A stretch of DNA of 20,000 nucleotides, from positions 53,899 through 73,898 of IMG/VR virus record IMGVR_UViG_3300032282_002939; one strand, 5' to 3'. This document shows positions 7,609 through 15,458 of this stretch, in pieces. Every line of letters begins with the position of its first letter. Positions within the stretch are counted from its first letter, which is position 1. The position numbers and the translations under genes are program-made. This DNA comes from an uncultured virus (IMG/VR IMGVR_UViG_3300032282_002939) (lineage: Duplodnaviria; Heunggongvirae; Uroviricota; Caudoviricetes). A model generated the notes under the pieces. That model saw nothing but the letters and a program-made list of their open reading frames with translations, searched no databases and was not told where the DNA came from.

Positions 7609-7614
7609 TAATTC

Positions 7615-8508
7615 TTACCACCAAGAAACTATAATAACTCCTGGACCACCATCACCACCCCTACCACCTCCTAATGAACCTCCAGCACCTCCGCCACCAC
7701 CCCCAGAACCAAAAGCACCAGCGCCGCCAGCACCCCCAACAAATATTGTGCTTGCACCCGCACCACCTCCGCCTGAACCTCCACAAGACATGAATGGTTT
7801 TGTGAACATTACACCAGCATTACCATTTGTTTGAGAAGCACCACCAGGAATAGTAGGTATAAATCCTGCACCTGTTATAGCACCACCAGCACCTGTGCTA
7901 GCACCACCTGTTCCACCTGCGCCACCTGATACTATAATATTAGCTATAGCACCCCAAGTAACCGCTGAAGGGCTAACGGCTGAGCTTTCATTCTGCGCAC
8001 CTCCAGCGGTACCTACTTGACCAATAGAAGTAGTGTATAGACCATAGTTATTCCATCTATCAGAAGTAGAGGCTGAACCAGCAGTGCCAGCAGCACCTAA
8101 TGCAATAGAACTTCCACCACCTCCTGCACCACCACCACTTGCACTTAAAACATAATCTCCTGTTGGACCTATGAGAGCAACATAGCTTACAGTTCCTGCT
8201 GTTCCGCCAGTAGAAGCAGCACCACCCGGACCTCCAGGTCCTGGTGAGACGTAAAGGGTATCTGGAATATAACTAGCAGGTAACATAAGAGTCGTTATTG
8301 CACCAGAACCTCCGCCACCACCGCCGCCTCTAGCAGTAGTAGATGAGTTAGTATGACCACCTCCACCTCCACCACCACCTCCAACAAGATAGAAATTGAA
8401 GTAACTTACACCTCTTGGTTTTATGAAAGTATAGACGTTTGTTGCTTCAGCAAAATAGATCGCATAGTTACCATCCATTGATCTCGGTAGATGTGAAAAA
8501 TCACTCAT
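7615..8508 (-). CDS. Glycine-rich virion/adhesin protein, paralogue 3 (gp38-like polyglycine motifs)
   Basis: MSDFSH start, KPRG, multiple GGGGGG runs, IPDTLYV, PFMSCGGSGGG, and a GGPGVIIVSWW end. Confidence 0.75.
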   Translation of the reverse strand: MSDFSHLPRSMDGNYAIYFAEATNVYTFIKPRGVSYFNFYLVGGGGGGGGGHTNSSTTARGGGGGGGSGAITTLMLPASYIPDTLYVSPGPGGPGGAASTGGTAGTVSYVALIGPTGDYVLSASGGGAGGGGSSIALGAAGTAGSASTSDRWNNYGLYTTSIGQVGTAGGAQNESSAVSPSAVTWGAIANIIVSGGAGGTGGASTGAGGAITGAGFIPTIPGGASQTNGNAGVMFTKPFMSCGGSGGGGAGASTIFVGGAGGAGAFGSGGGGGGAGGSLGGGRGGDGGPGVIIVSWW

Positions 8509-8509
8509 G

Positions 8510-9418
8510 TTAAAACCCCCAGATCATTACTAAACCAGAACCACCTCGTCCTCCTAAAGAAGAATTTCCAGAGTTGTTGATATAAGTACCGCCACCGCCG
8601 CCGCCAGAACCAATACCCGCATCACCTCCAGTTCCGCCATTACCAGTAGCGGCTCTACAACCTCCACCACCGGAACCTCCACAAGACATAAAAGGCTGCA
8701 TATAAGTAAGCCCAGATTGACCATTAGTTGCAGTTGAACTTGTGCTTCCAGCACCCCCACTGATTGTCGGCATAAAACCAGCACCAGTTATAGAACCTCC
8801 TGTACGCGCTGTTGGCGTTGTAGTACTACCACCACCGCTAGCACCACCGGATAAAATTATAGAACCCCATGTAATACCCGCAGATGGCTCTGATGTAGTT
8901 CCTGTAGCGCCCGCTTGCCCCGCAAATAAAGAATAACTTCCATAAGACCCAAGAATCATATTTGTAGCAGTTGCAGCAGCTCCCGCCGAACCACCGGCTG
9001 CGCTTCCGGCGCCACCGCCACTTGCATAACATATTACATACGCGGCAGTAGTATTTGGTTGTACAGAAATATAAGACGCGCCTCCGCTACCACCGGATGT
9101 ACCATGCGATCCATCGATCGTGCCAGTGTTAATTCCTGCTGATCCTCCAGCGCCTGAATTGACATATAGAATATCAGGAATTAGACTAGCATGGATTAAC
9201 ATAGTAGTAATTCCTCCTGAACCACCGCCTCCACCGCCAAAACCATTACTAGCTGAAGCTACTGAGCGTCCAGCACCGCCGCCTCCACCGCCACCTATAC
9301 ATACAATATAGATGCTTGTTATTCCTCTAGGCTTATTCCAGACTTGCCATTGAGAAATACTATAATATACTGAAAAGTTTGATCTGAGATTTTGTGAAAT
9401 ATGTGAGAAGTCTAACAT
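8510..9418 (-). CDS. Glycine-rich virion/adhesin protein, paralogue 2
   Basis: MLDFSH start, WQVWNKPRG, IPDILYV, PFMSCGGSGGG, and a GGSGLVMIWGF end. Confidence 0.75.
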   Translation of the reverse strand: MLDFSHISQNLRSNFSVYYSISQWQVWNKPRGITSIYIVCIGGGGGGGAGRSVASASNGFGGGGGGSGGITTMLIHASLIPDILYVNSGAGGSAGINTGTIDGSHGTSGGSGGASYISVQPNTTAAYVICYASGGGAGSAAGGSAGAAATATNMILGSYGSYSLFAGQAGATGTTSEPSAGITWGSIILSGGASGGGSTTTPTARTGGSITGAGFMPTISGGAGSTSSTATNGQSGLTYMQPFMSCGGSGGGGCRAATGNGGTGGDAGIGSGGGGGGTYINNSGNSSLGGRGGSGLVMIWGF

Positions 9419-9422
9419 GTTA

Positions 9423-10343
9423 CTACCATGATGTTATTATTACCAAGCCAGGACCGCCGTTACCGCCAGCACCACCGCCACTTGTACCTCCAGCACCGCC
9501 ACCACCGCCGCCGCATCCATATGTTGCATTACCACCTCTAGCACCTGCTGTTGTCGTTGAGTTAGATGAACCCCCACCTGACCCTCCAAGAAAAACTAAA
9601 GGGACTAAAAAACCAGATCCGGCTACTCCAGCACCCGGAGAAGCGCCACCAGAACCACCAGAAATTATGGTACTTTGAAAAACTGAAGGTAGTGGTGCAC
9701 CACCAGTTCCCAAGTTACCTCCCGCAACACCAGAACCGCCTCCACCACCAGCACCGCCAATAGTTATGTCACCTCCCATGGTTGTGGAACCCGCAGCAGT
9801 ACCGCTTACAGCACCACCAGCTCCACCAGTATTTCCCGCAACAGCGGTAAATATTGCAAAATTTGAAAAAGTAGCAGAAGTTGAAACCATAGCAACAGCA
9901 GCAGCACCACCAGCAGCATTGAGGGTAGTTGGACCTGCTGCACCCCCACCACCACCATTAGCATAAGCAAGTAAATATGCTGCTGTGGTGCTTGGATATA
10001 AACTTACATAACTAGCCCCGCCGTCAGAACCATTAACTCCTGAGCCAGTTGAACCAGCACCTCCTCGACCAACTTGAATGTATAATAAATCAGGTAATAA
10101 AAAAGCAGGCACTAATAATCTTGTTGTTGTTCCTTGCGCACCACCCCCGCCACCACCTCTAGAACCGGTAACTGAATTAGATCGACCGCCACCGCCGCCA
10201 CCGCCGCCACTAAGACAGAAGATATTGATCATAGAACAGTTGCGAGGTTTATTCCAAACTTGCCATTCTGTAGCTGCGTTCAATGCATAGAAGTAGTCTA
10301 TCTTTGCTGTCTGAGAATCAGAAACGTGAGAAAAATCAAGCAT
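9423..10343 (-). CDS. Glycine-rich virion/adhesin protein, paralogue 1
   Basis: MLDFSH start, WQVWNKPR, LPDLLYI, and a GGPGLVIITSW end. Confidence 0.75.
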   Translation of the reverse strand: MLDFSHVSDSQTAKIDYFYALNAATEWQVWNKPRNCSMINIFCLSGGGGGGGGRSNSVTGSRGGGGGGAQGTTTRLLVPAFLLPDLLYIQVGRGGAGSTGSGVNGSDGGASYVSLYPSTTAAYLLAYANGGGGGAAGPTTLNAAGGAAAVAMVSTSATFSNFAIFTAVAGNTGGAGGAVSGTAAGSTTMGGDITIGGAGGGGGSGVAGGNLGTGGAPLPSVFQSTIISGGSGGASPGAGVAGSGFLVPLVFLGGSGGGSSNSTTTAGARGGNATYGCGGGGGGAGGTSGGGAGGNGGPGLVIITSW

Positions 10344-10514
10344 TTATTGTTCTATTGTTGTTTTGTAAGACATCCCAGTATTAGTGACATCTTCTCCATC
10401 ATCCTTTACTATTCTGACCACCGTAAAATTTGTCTGTTCAACTTCCATCCAGCCTAAACCTTCATGACCACTTAGGAACTCAATTCTATATCTTATTACG
10501 TTGGATTCGCTCAT
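10344..10514 (-). CDS. Small hypothetical protein (56 aa) in the adhesin cluster
   Basis: The likely start is ATG 10514 (MSESNV), 1 nt after the upstream stop; its own stop abuts the next ATG. Confidence 0.65.
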   Translation of the reverse strand: MSESNVIRYRIEFLSGHEGLGWMEVEQTNFTVVRIVKDDGEDVTNTGMSYKTTIEQ

Positions 10515-10515
10515 A

Positions 10516-10962
10516 TTAATAGTTACCTGCAATTACAATTGCCGCCCAGTATGTGTTCGTTGCTGGGGCTGAGTGGTTTGTCACCAATATAGCATAACTT
10601 GGAGGAAGTGCAACGTTCATCGGAACGTCGATAGGATATGTAGCAACTGTTGCATTAGCAGCAGAAACTGAAGGTAAAGCAACTTCTTGAAATAAAGTAC
10701 ATGTAGTATTATTAGCTGTAGTGTTAGATGAACTTATATAAATTCTTCCAACCGTAGCTGTAGTTGAAAGAGCAGCAGAGTTGGCTACGGGCGACCATCT
10801 AACACGCTGTACAAAACTTCCATTTGTTGCATCAGCAGTAAAAGCAAGAAACGTATCAGTACCTACTGTTCCTGTTCCATCACTTCTTGTTAAACCTGCT
10901 GTAACACGTGTTTGACCATAAGCCCCTACTCTACTATAAATTGGTATTTGATTACCAGCCAT
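10516..10962 (-). CDS. Putative fibre-tip adaptor, beta-rich protein
   Basis: 148 aa with an AGGAG RBS and an alternating beta-strand pattern. It lies between a fibre gene and the glycine-rich triad; the function is inferred from position. Confidence 0.55.
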   Translation of the reverse strand: MAGNQIPIYSRVGAYGQTRVTAGLTRSDGTGTVGTDTFLAFTADATNGSFVQRVRWSPVANSAALSTTATVGRIYISSSNTTANNTTCTLFQEVALPSVSAANATVATYPIDVPMNVALPPSYAILVTNHSAPATNTYWAAIVIAGNY

Positions 10963-10978
10963 CTAGTTTATCTCCTGT

Positions 10979-11740
10979 TTAAGCCATTGCTAAATTGTTA
11001 TAAAGAGCCACTATTTGACCCATAGTGTTTAAAATTGAACCATCATTAAAAATTATACCAGATGCAATTATATCTGTATTAACTGTGCTATTTCCAATAG
11101 AAATTGTGTTTGAAATAGTTAAAATTGCTGTAGTTTTATCAAAAGTTAAATTGGCATCACCGCCAAAAGAACCAGAGTTATTAAATTGTATTTGTGTATT
11201 TGAACCTCCAGGAGTCCCAGACCCACCACCTGATACTGTTGACCAATAAGCTGAACTACCATTAGTTGTTAATACTTGACCGGCAGTACCTGTGCTACCA
11301 TTCGCTGATACTGCAACACCACCAAGAGTAATGTTACCGTTAAATGTGGTCGGAACAGAAAGACTAAAAGCACTTGTAATACTATTAGCAAAAATTGACC
11401 ATATAGCCCTTTGCCCGTATGCCGTGTTTGTGCTATAGAAAACAAAGTTATCGTCAGTTTGTTGACGCATCGCAACAAAAGCTGATGTATTTACTGTTTG
11501 AAAATATATATTTTTATCATTATTAAGTGTTAAAGAATTTGTGATACGCTGACTGGTTATATTAGCACCAACTGTAATTAAATTTGTTCCATCTGATGTA
11601 TAGAGAATACCATCAGACATATTAAGAGCAAATTCGCCAGCAGCGATATATTGTGAATTTGTCGCATAAGATGCAGTTGTATTAGGAGTTCTTCCTGAAA
11701 CAGAAGTTCTCCTTACTTGAAACTTTGTATTAGCAGCCAT
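10979..11740 (-). CDS. Short tail-fibre-like protein with Mtd_N-like N-terminal module
   Basis: FQVRRTSVSGRTP...AAGEFALNMSDGILY N-terminus, plus SANGSTGTAGQVLTTNG..YW and PGGSNTQIQFNNSGSFGG fibre motifs. Confidence 0.75.
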   Translation of the reverse strand: MAANTKFQVRRTSVSGRTPNTTASYATNSQYIAAGEFALNMSDGILYTSDGTNLITVGANITSQRITNSLTLNNDKNIYFQTVNTSAFVAMRQQTDDNFVFYSTNTAYGQRAIWSIFANSITSAFSLSVPTTFNGNITLGGVAVSANGSTGTAGQVLTTNGSSAYWSTVSGGGSGTPGGSNTQIQFNNSGSFGGDANLTFDKTTAILTISNTISIGNSTVNTDIIASGIIFNDGSILNTMGQIVALYNNLAMA

Positions 11741-11770
11741 GTGGCTTCCTCTTTAATGGCATGTGCCGAG

Positions 11771-11995
11771 TTATTGTTCAAAACCGTCTGTATCAGAAGT
11801 ATTTACTTCTTTTTTATTTATTCTCTTTTCTTTTTTCTCTAATTGTTTTTCTAATTCAACAATTCTTTGATTTAAAGAAATATTTGTAGCTTCAGAAAAC
11901 TTCAATTGTGCTTTCATAAAAACATTATTTTTCATCAATTCTTCAATTTCTTTAAATAAAGTTTCAATATAAACATTGACAAACTCAGGTGACAT
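11771..11995 (-). CDS. Small coiled-coil protein (possible fibre assembly chaperone)
   Basis: 74 aa, charged and heptad-like (LNQRIVELEKQLEKK), located between two fibre genes. Confidence 0.6.
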   Translation of the reverse strand: MSPEFVNVYIETLFKEIEELMKNNVFMKAQLKFSEATNISLNQRIVELEKQLEKKEKRINKKEVNTSDTDGFEQ

Positions 11996-12025
11996 GGGTA
12001 TATTCCATTATTAAATTAATTATTT

Positions 12026-13831
12026 TTAAAAAGTTCCGCCATCAAGTATTCCCCAAGTCACAAGAGAATTGTTGACTTGGAGAACATAACCTTCAGTTCC
12101 TAATGAAAGTTTTGAAAGACCATTACTTGTATTACCAACAAGTAAATCTTGTGAAGTAAATGTATTCCATCCTGTACCACCAGAAGTTCCAACAAGAGCA
12201 GTTGTAAGAGTCAAAGAATTGGCAGCTAATGCGGCAGTAACAGATGAATTAGCATTGATTTGAATAGCAGTAGAATTCACAACAAATACGGAACTGTTAT
12301 TGCCATATGGCATTAAGTATGCTTGTAGAGTAGCAGTTCCCGAATTTGCGCTAGTATCAATTGTGGACGATGTATTTGGATTTGTATTTGATCCAAATAA
12401 CCAGAAGAATGGAGCAGAATTAGTTGATTTTGCTGCAATTCTTGCAAGACCAGCATACCAAATAGCAGAAGAATTACCGGCAGGAGAATACCAACCAGCA
12501 TCAACAACATCAGTTGTTGTATTATTAGAGGCTAATTCTATGACATTATCTTTGATAATTAATGAAGTAACATTGACAGAAGTAAAAGTACCAGAAACAA
12601 TTAAGTTTCCTGAAAGCGTTAGGTCTGTTAATGAAAGAACAGAATTTACAAACGCACCAGATGTGTTTACTACAAGAGTATTATCACCATTTTTTACAGA
12701 TATACCAGAAGAATTAGAAACTATACCGTTATTAGCTAGAACATTGATGCCAGAAGAATCAACTGAAATACCATTTGCTTGTTTAGCCCATATCCCAGTA
12801 GAATTTGCTACGATGCCGTTATTGGCAATTGCATAAAGAGTTCCAGTGCTAGTAATTGTACCACCACCAATACCATTTGATGTAGCAACGGAAGTTACTG
12901 TACCAGTGGAATCATTTTTCCAATATGGTGATCCAGTTGCACCATTTGAAGCTAGTATTTGACCGGCAGAACCAACTCCACCATTTGCTGATAACTGAAT
13001 ATTTGAAAGAGTTAATTGAGTAGAATTGGCAATAAAGTTTGTGCCAACTGTAATCGATGCAGCGTTAACTGTTCCTGTTGTATTAGCAACAAATATACCA
13101 GATGTATTGGCTATTACAGATGCACCAACAGTAATTAGTGCGGAATTAACTGATGATGAAAGATTCGCGGTAGAGCCAATTATATTTGCATATAACGTAG
13201 TAGTAGAAATTGTACCAGCATTAACTGTTGAAACACCAGCTGTGTTTTGAACAACAACCTGACCAGTTGTTTGTGTAGTTGAACTATTACCAACACTAAT
13301 AGCACCTGTATTCGCAATAGTCACTGTTGGAGAAGTAGTTGTATTTCCAACCCAATAATATGCAGTGCTATTAATTACAGCGTTTGCAGCAATATTAATT
13401 GTTGAGGAAAATGTTATGGTATTTTGAAAGGTTTGTGTATTAGTCCATGTGTACTGCGCCGCAGTATTTACACCAACAGAAGCAGATGAAACCCAATAAA
13501 GATTTGAAGAAGCACCACCAGAAACTAGAAAATAACCAGCAGTGCCGGTACTACCATTAGCAGAAATTGTTTGCGTTGTTCCAACAAAGGCCAAATTCCC
13601 AATTTGAATTTGATTTATACCAGATGTTGAGTTGGCAACAAGAGCCTGATTAGCAGTAAGAGTTCCTGGGCTTCTTACCCCACCAATTGGAACCACTGTT
13701 CCGCCATCTGTAGAACCAATAAAGAGAACACCAGAACCACCTGTAGCATTAGAATATGCTAATTCCCCTGGATTAAGAGAAGCAGGTGATGCTGTAGCAG
13801 CGCTTCTTTTGATTTGAATTCTATTAACCAT
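12026..13831 (-). CDS. Tail-fibre-like protein (601 aa), Mtd_N-like N-terminus and DGGTF C-terminus
   Basis: IQIKRS..SPASLNPGELAY...LFIG N-terminus; Ser/Thr/Asn/Gly-rich repeats (ANNGIVANSTGI); ends GYVLQV....WGILDGGTF. Confidence 0.8.
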   Translation of the reverse strand: MVNRIQIKRSAATASPASLNPGELAYSNATGGSGVLFIGSTDGGTVVPIGGVRSPGTLTANQALVANSTSGINQIQIGNLAFVGTTQTISANGSTGTAGYFLVSGGASSNLYWVSSASVGVNTAAQYTWTNTQTFQNTITFSSTINIAANAVINSTAYYWVGNTTTSPTVTIANTGAISVGNSSTTQTTGQVVVQNTAGVSTVNAGTISTTTLYANIIGSTANLSSSVNSALITVGASVIANTSGIFVANTTGTVNAASITVGTNFIANSTQLTLSNIQLSANGGVGSAGQILASNGATGSPYWKNDSTGTVTSVATSNGIGGGTITSTGTLYAIANNGIVANSTGIWAKQANGISVDSSGINVLANNGIVSNSSGISVKNGDNTLVVNTSGAFVNSVLSLTDLTLSGNLIVSGTFTSVNVTSLIIKDNVIELASNNTTTDVVDAGWYSPAGNSSAIWYAGLARIAAKSTNSAPFFWLFGSNTNPNTSSTIDTSANSGTATLQAYLMPYGNNSSVFVVNSTAIQINANSSVTAALAANSLTLTTALVGTSGGTGWNTFTSQDLLVGNTSNGLSKLSLGTEGYVLQVNNSLVTWGILDGGTF

Positions 13832-13855
13832 TTAACTATTGCCTTTTGTTTTTTT

Positions 13856-13863
13856 TATTTAGT
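13856..13863 (-). promoter_or_regulatory. Candidate variant late promoter ACTAAATA
   Basis: Intergenic TAAATA core 24 nt upstream of the 601-aa fibre ATG. Confidence 0.5.
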
Positions 13864-14135
13864 TAAAAAGTTCCGCCATCAATATCACCATCAATATTAG
13901 AAAAATTCATTTTTTGAACAACATAGGTATCAGAAGAACTGTCGTAAATTAGAGTAGCACCATTTGCTTCTGTAGTAGCATTAACATCTTGTAAACGATC
14001 TAGTCTTGTAGCACCACCAACAGTTAATGCAGGAGTTGGTTTGAGTGTTACTGGAGTTGTTGTGTCAATAAAACCAGCAGTAGCGTTAGTCGCTATATGT
14101 ATTGTTCTTCTTCTTGCAACAACTACATTAGTCAT
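13863..14135 (-). CDS. Small connector-like virion protein ending in DGGTF
   Basis: 90 aa with an LDRLQDV...GATLIYD....YV fibre motif and C-terminal IDGGTF. Confidence 0.65.
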   Translation of the reverse strand: MTNVVVARRRTIHIATNATAGFIDTTTPVTLKPTPALTVGGATRLDRLQDVNATTEANGATLIYDSSSDTYVVQKMNFSNIDGDIDGGTF

Positions 14136-14137
14136 TT

Positions 14138-14464
14138 TTATCTCGTGACTTGTGGGGTGACTGTTACAATACCTTCAACAATTCTAGAAGTAGTTGTACC
14201 ATCATTTATCTCTACATCATATACATATCTACCTGAAGTTAAAGAGCCAGTTTGGTTGGCGCTTAAAGATAAAGTAACGGTTCCAGTGCTTACATTAATA
14301 GATGTAGTAAAATCTGTTGCATTAGAAGATGTATACCATTTTCTAATTTGAGAATTAGCGGTATACCCACTTAAATTTAAAGAATCGCCGTTCTCATCAG
14401 TTAAAGATAAGTCAGTAGAAAATGTTGCACCTTGATCTATAACTAAATTAGCTTTAGTTGCCAT
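14138..14464 (-). CDS. Conserved beta-sandwich fibre-attachment-like protein (BppU-N/LtfC-like)
   Basis: NLVIDQGATF, LNLSGYTANSQIRK, LSLSANQT..L..GRYVYDVEI and RIVEGIVTVTPQVT, a pattern recalled from aquatic T4-like phages. Confidence 0.7.
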   Translation of the reverse strand: MATKANLVIDQGATFSTDLSLTDENGDSLNLSGYTANSQIRKWYTSSNATDFTTSINVSTGTVTLSLSANQTGSLTSGRYVYDVEINDGTTTSRIVEGIVTVTPQVTR

Positions 14465-15267
14465 TATACTATGACCCTAGCATATCTTAATGTGGTTGAT
14501 GAAACAGAAGCAGGAGTGAATTGAACTGCGACGTTACCAGAAGCAATTGTTGCTGAAAATGTACCAACAGAAGAAGATGGAATTATTGAACCATATTCTG
14601 TAACATATGCAGTTGATCCATCATGAACAACTAGAAGTTTTGTCAAATGATATGCAGAACTTGTATTTGCTTGGACCAAATACTCTGCACCAAGATATGT
14701 TGAAGTTGAAAAAGAATCTATATTTACTGTTGATGTAGAAGAAGTTGTGATAGTTCCATTTGATGCTGGATTATAAACAGTTGCAATTGTCGCCCAAGAA
14801 CCATTAGCGTTTAAATAGTAATTTCCACCAGTCCATTGAGCTGATGTAGGTACAGTAAATGATATATTAGATGTGGAGTTACTAATAACTACACTAGAAG
14901 AATTTATAATAGCATTAGCAGTCGAACTGCCTATCTTTAGAGATGTATTAGTTATTAGCGTATTATTAATTTGTACAGAAGATGCATTAACAGTGACATT
15001 TCCAGACGAATTGCCAACTTTAATGTTTGTTAAATCGATAGAAGTAGAACTTATTGTATTAGAAACAGTAACAGCCGTTGGAGAAACGGTTGAGTTGGCA
15101 GTCGAATTTCCAGAAGTAAAGGTACCCGATATGCCAGCATTACCAGTTGCTATATTGGAATTAACCGTAACAGCCTGAGTTGTCATTGCATATGCAAGTT
15201 CGTTTGTTCTAGTACGCCAATAATCAAATGTATTTGTATTAGCGGTATTTGCTACTGTTACAGTCAT
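14464..15267 (-). CDS. Fibre-like structural protein
   Basis: N-terminal NTFDYWRTRTNEL, an S/T/N-rich shaft, and a C-terminal IDSF...Y..AEYLVQ...LVVHDG..AYVTEYG domain recalled from T4-like virion fibre proteins. Confidence 0.7.
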   Translation of the reverse strand: MTVTVANTANTNTFDYWRTRTNELAYAMTTQAVTVNSNIATGNAGISGTFTSGNSTANSTVSPTAVTVSNTISSTSIDLTNIKVGNSSGNVTVNASSVQINNTLITNTSLKIGSSTANAIINSSSVVISNSTSNISFTVPTSAQWTGGNYYLNANGSWATIATVYNPASNGTITTSSTSTVNIDSFSTSTYLGAEYLVQANTSSAYHLTKLLVVHDGSTAYVTEYGSIIPSSSVGTFSATIASGNVAVQFTPASVSSTTLRYARVIV

Positions 15268-15446
15268 TTAAGTCTCTCTAAAATTAGGTGAAGCATTGAT
15301 TTAATTTCCGAAACTTCTTCTTTTAAATTATCAAACTCTTTTTGTTTATTTTTTTGTAATTTATAAGCCTTCAAAGAAGCATTATCTGTGTTCAATACTG
15401 CACCTGGATTGTTTGAATCTCTCATAAAACCGTCATTACTTTTCAT
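15264..15446 (-). CDS. Small coiled-coil hypothetical protein
   Basis: 60 aa; RD...GAVLNTD...AY followed by LKEEVSEIKSML. It overlaps the next gene by ATGA. Confidence 0.7.
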   Translation of the reverse strand: MKSNDGFMRDSNNPGAVLNTDNASLKAYKLQKNKQKEFDNLKEEVSEIKSMLHLILERLK

Positions 15447-15458
15447 ATATTTATTCCA

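Larger units (their letters stand above)
12026..13882. repeat. 20-nt perfect direct repeat TTAAAAAGTTCCGCCATCAA (12026-12045 and 13863-13882) bracketing the 601-aa fibre gene
   Basis: Read directly; it encodes DGGTF-stop with identical codons in two adjacent genes, 1837 bp apart. Confidence 0.92.

Noticed and set aside
7588..7612. (TATTT)n run as a repeat array or terminator
   Set aside because: It is short AT-rich sequence around the late promoter, with no GC stem and no spacer structure.
8742..10457. Proline-rich plus-strand ORFs
   Set aside because: They are antisense shadows of Gly codons (GGN read as NCC) in the glycine-rich genes.
5266..13882. Diversity-generating retroelement or invertible shufflon acting on the adhesins
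   Set aside because: There is no reverse transcriptase or invertase, no long template/variable repeat pair with adenine-specific mismatches, and all repeats and genes are in direct orientation.
15448..15455. AATAAATA as a late promoter
   Set aside because: It is non-consensus, overlaps the RBS region, and lies 1 nt from the ATG; not distinguishable from chance.
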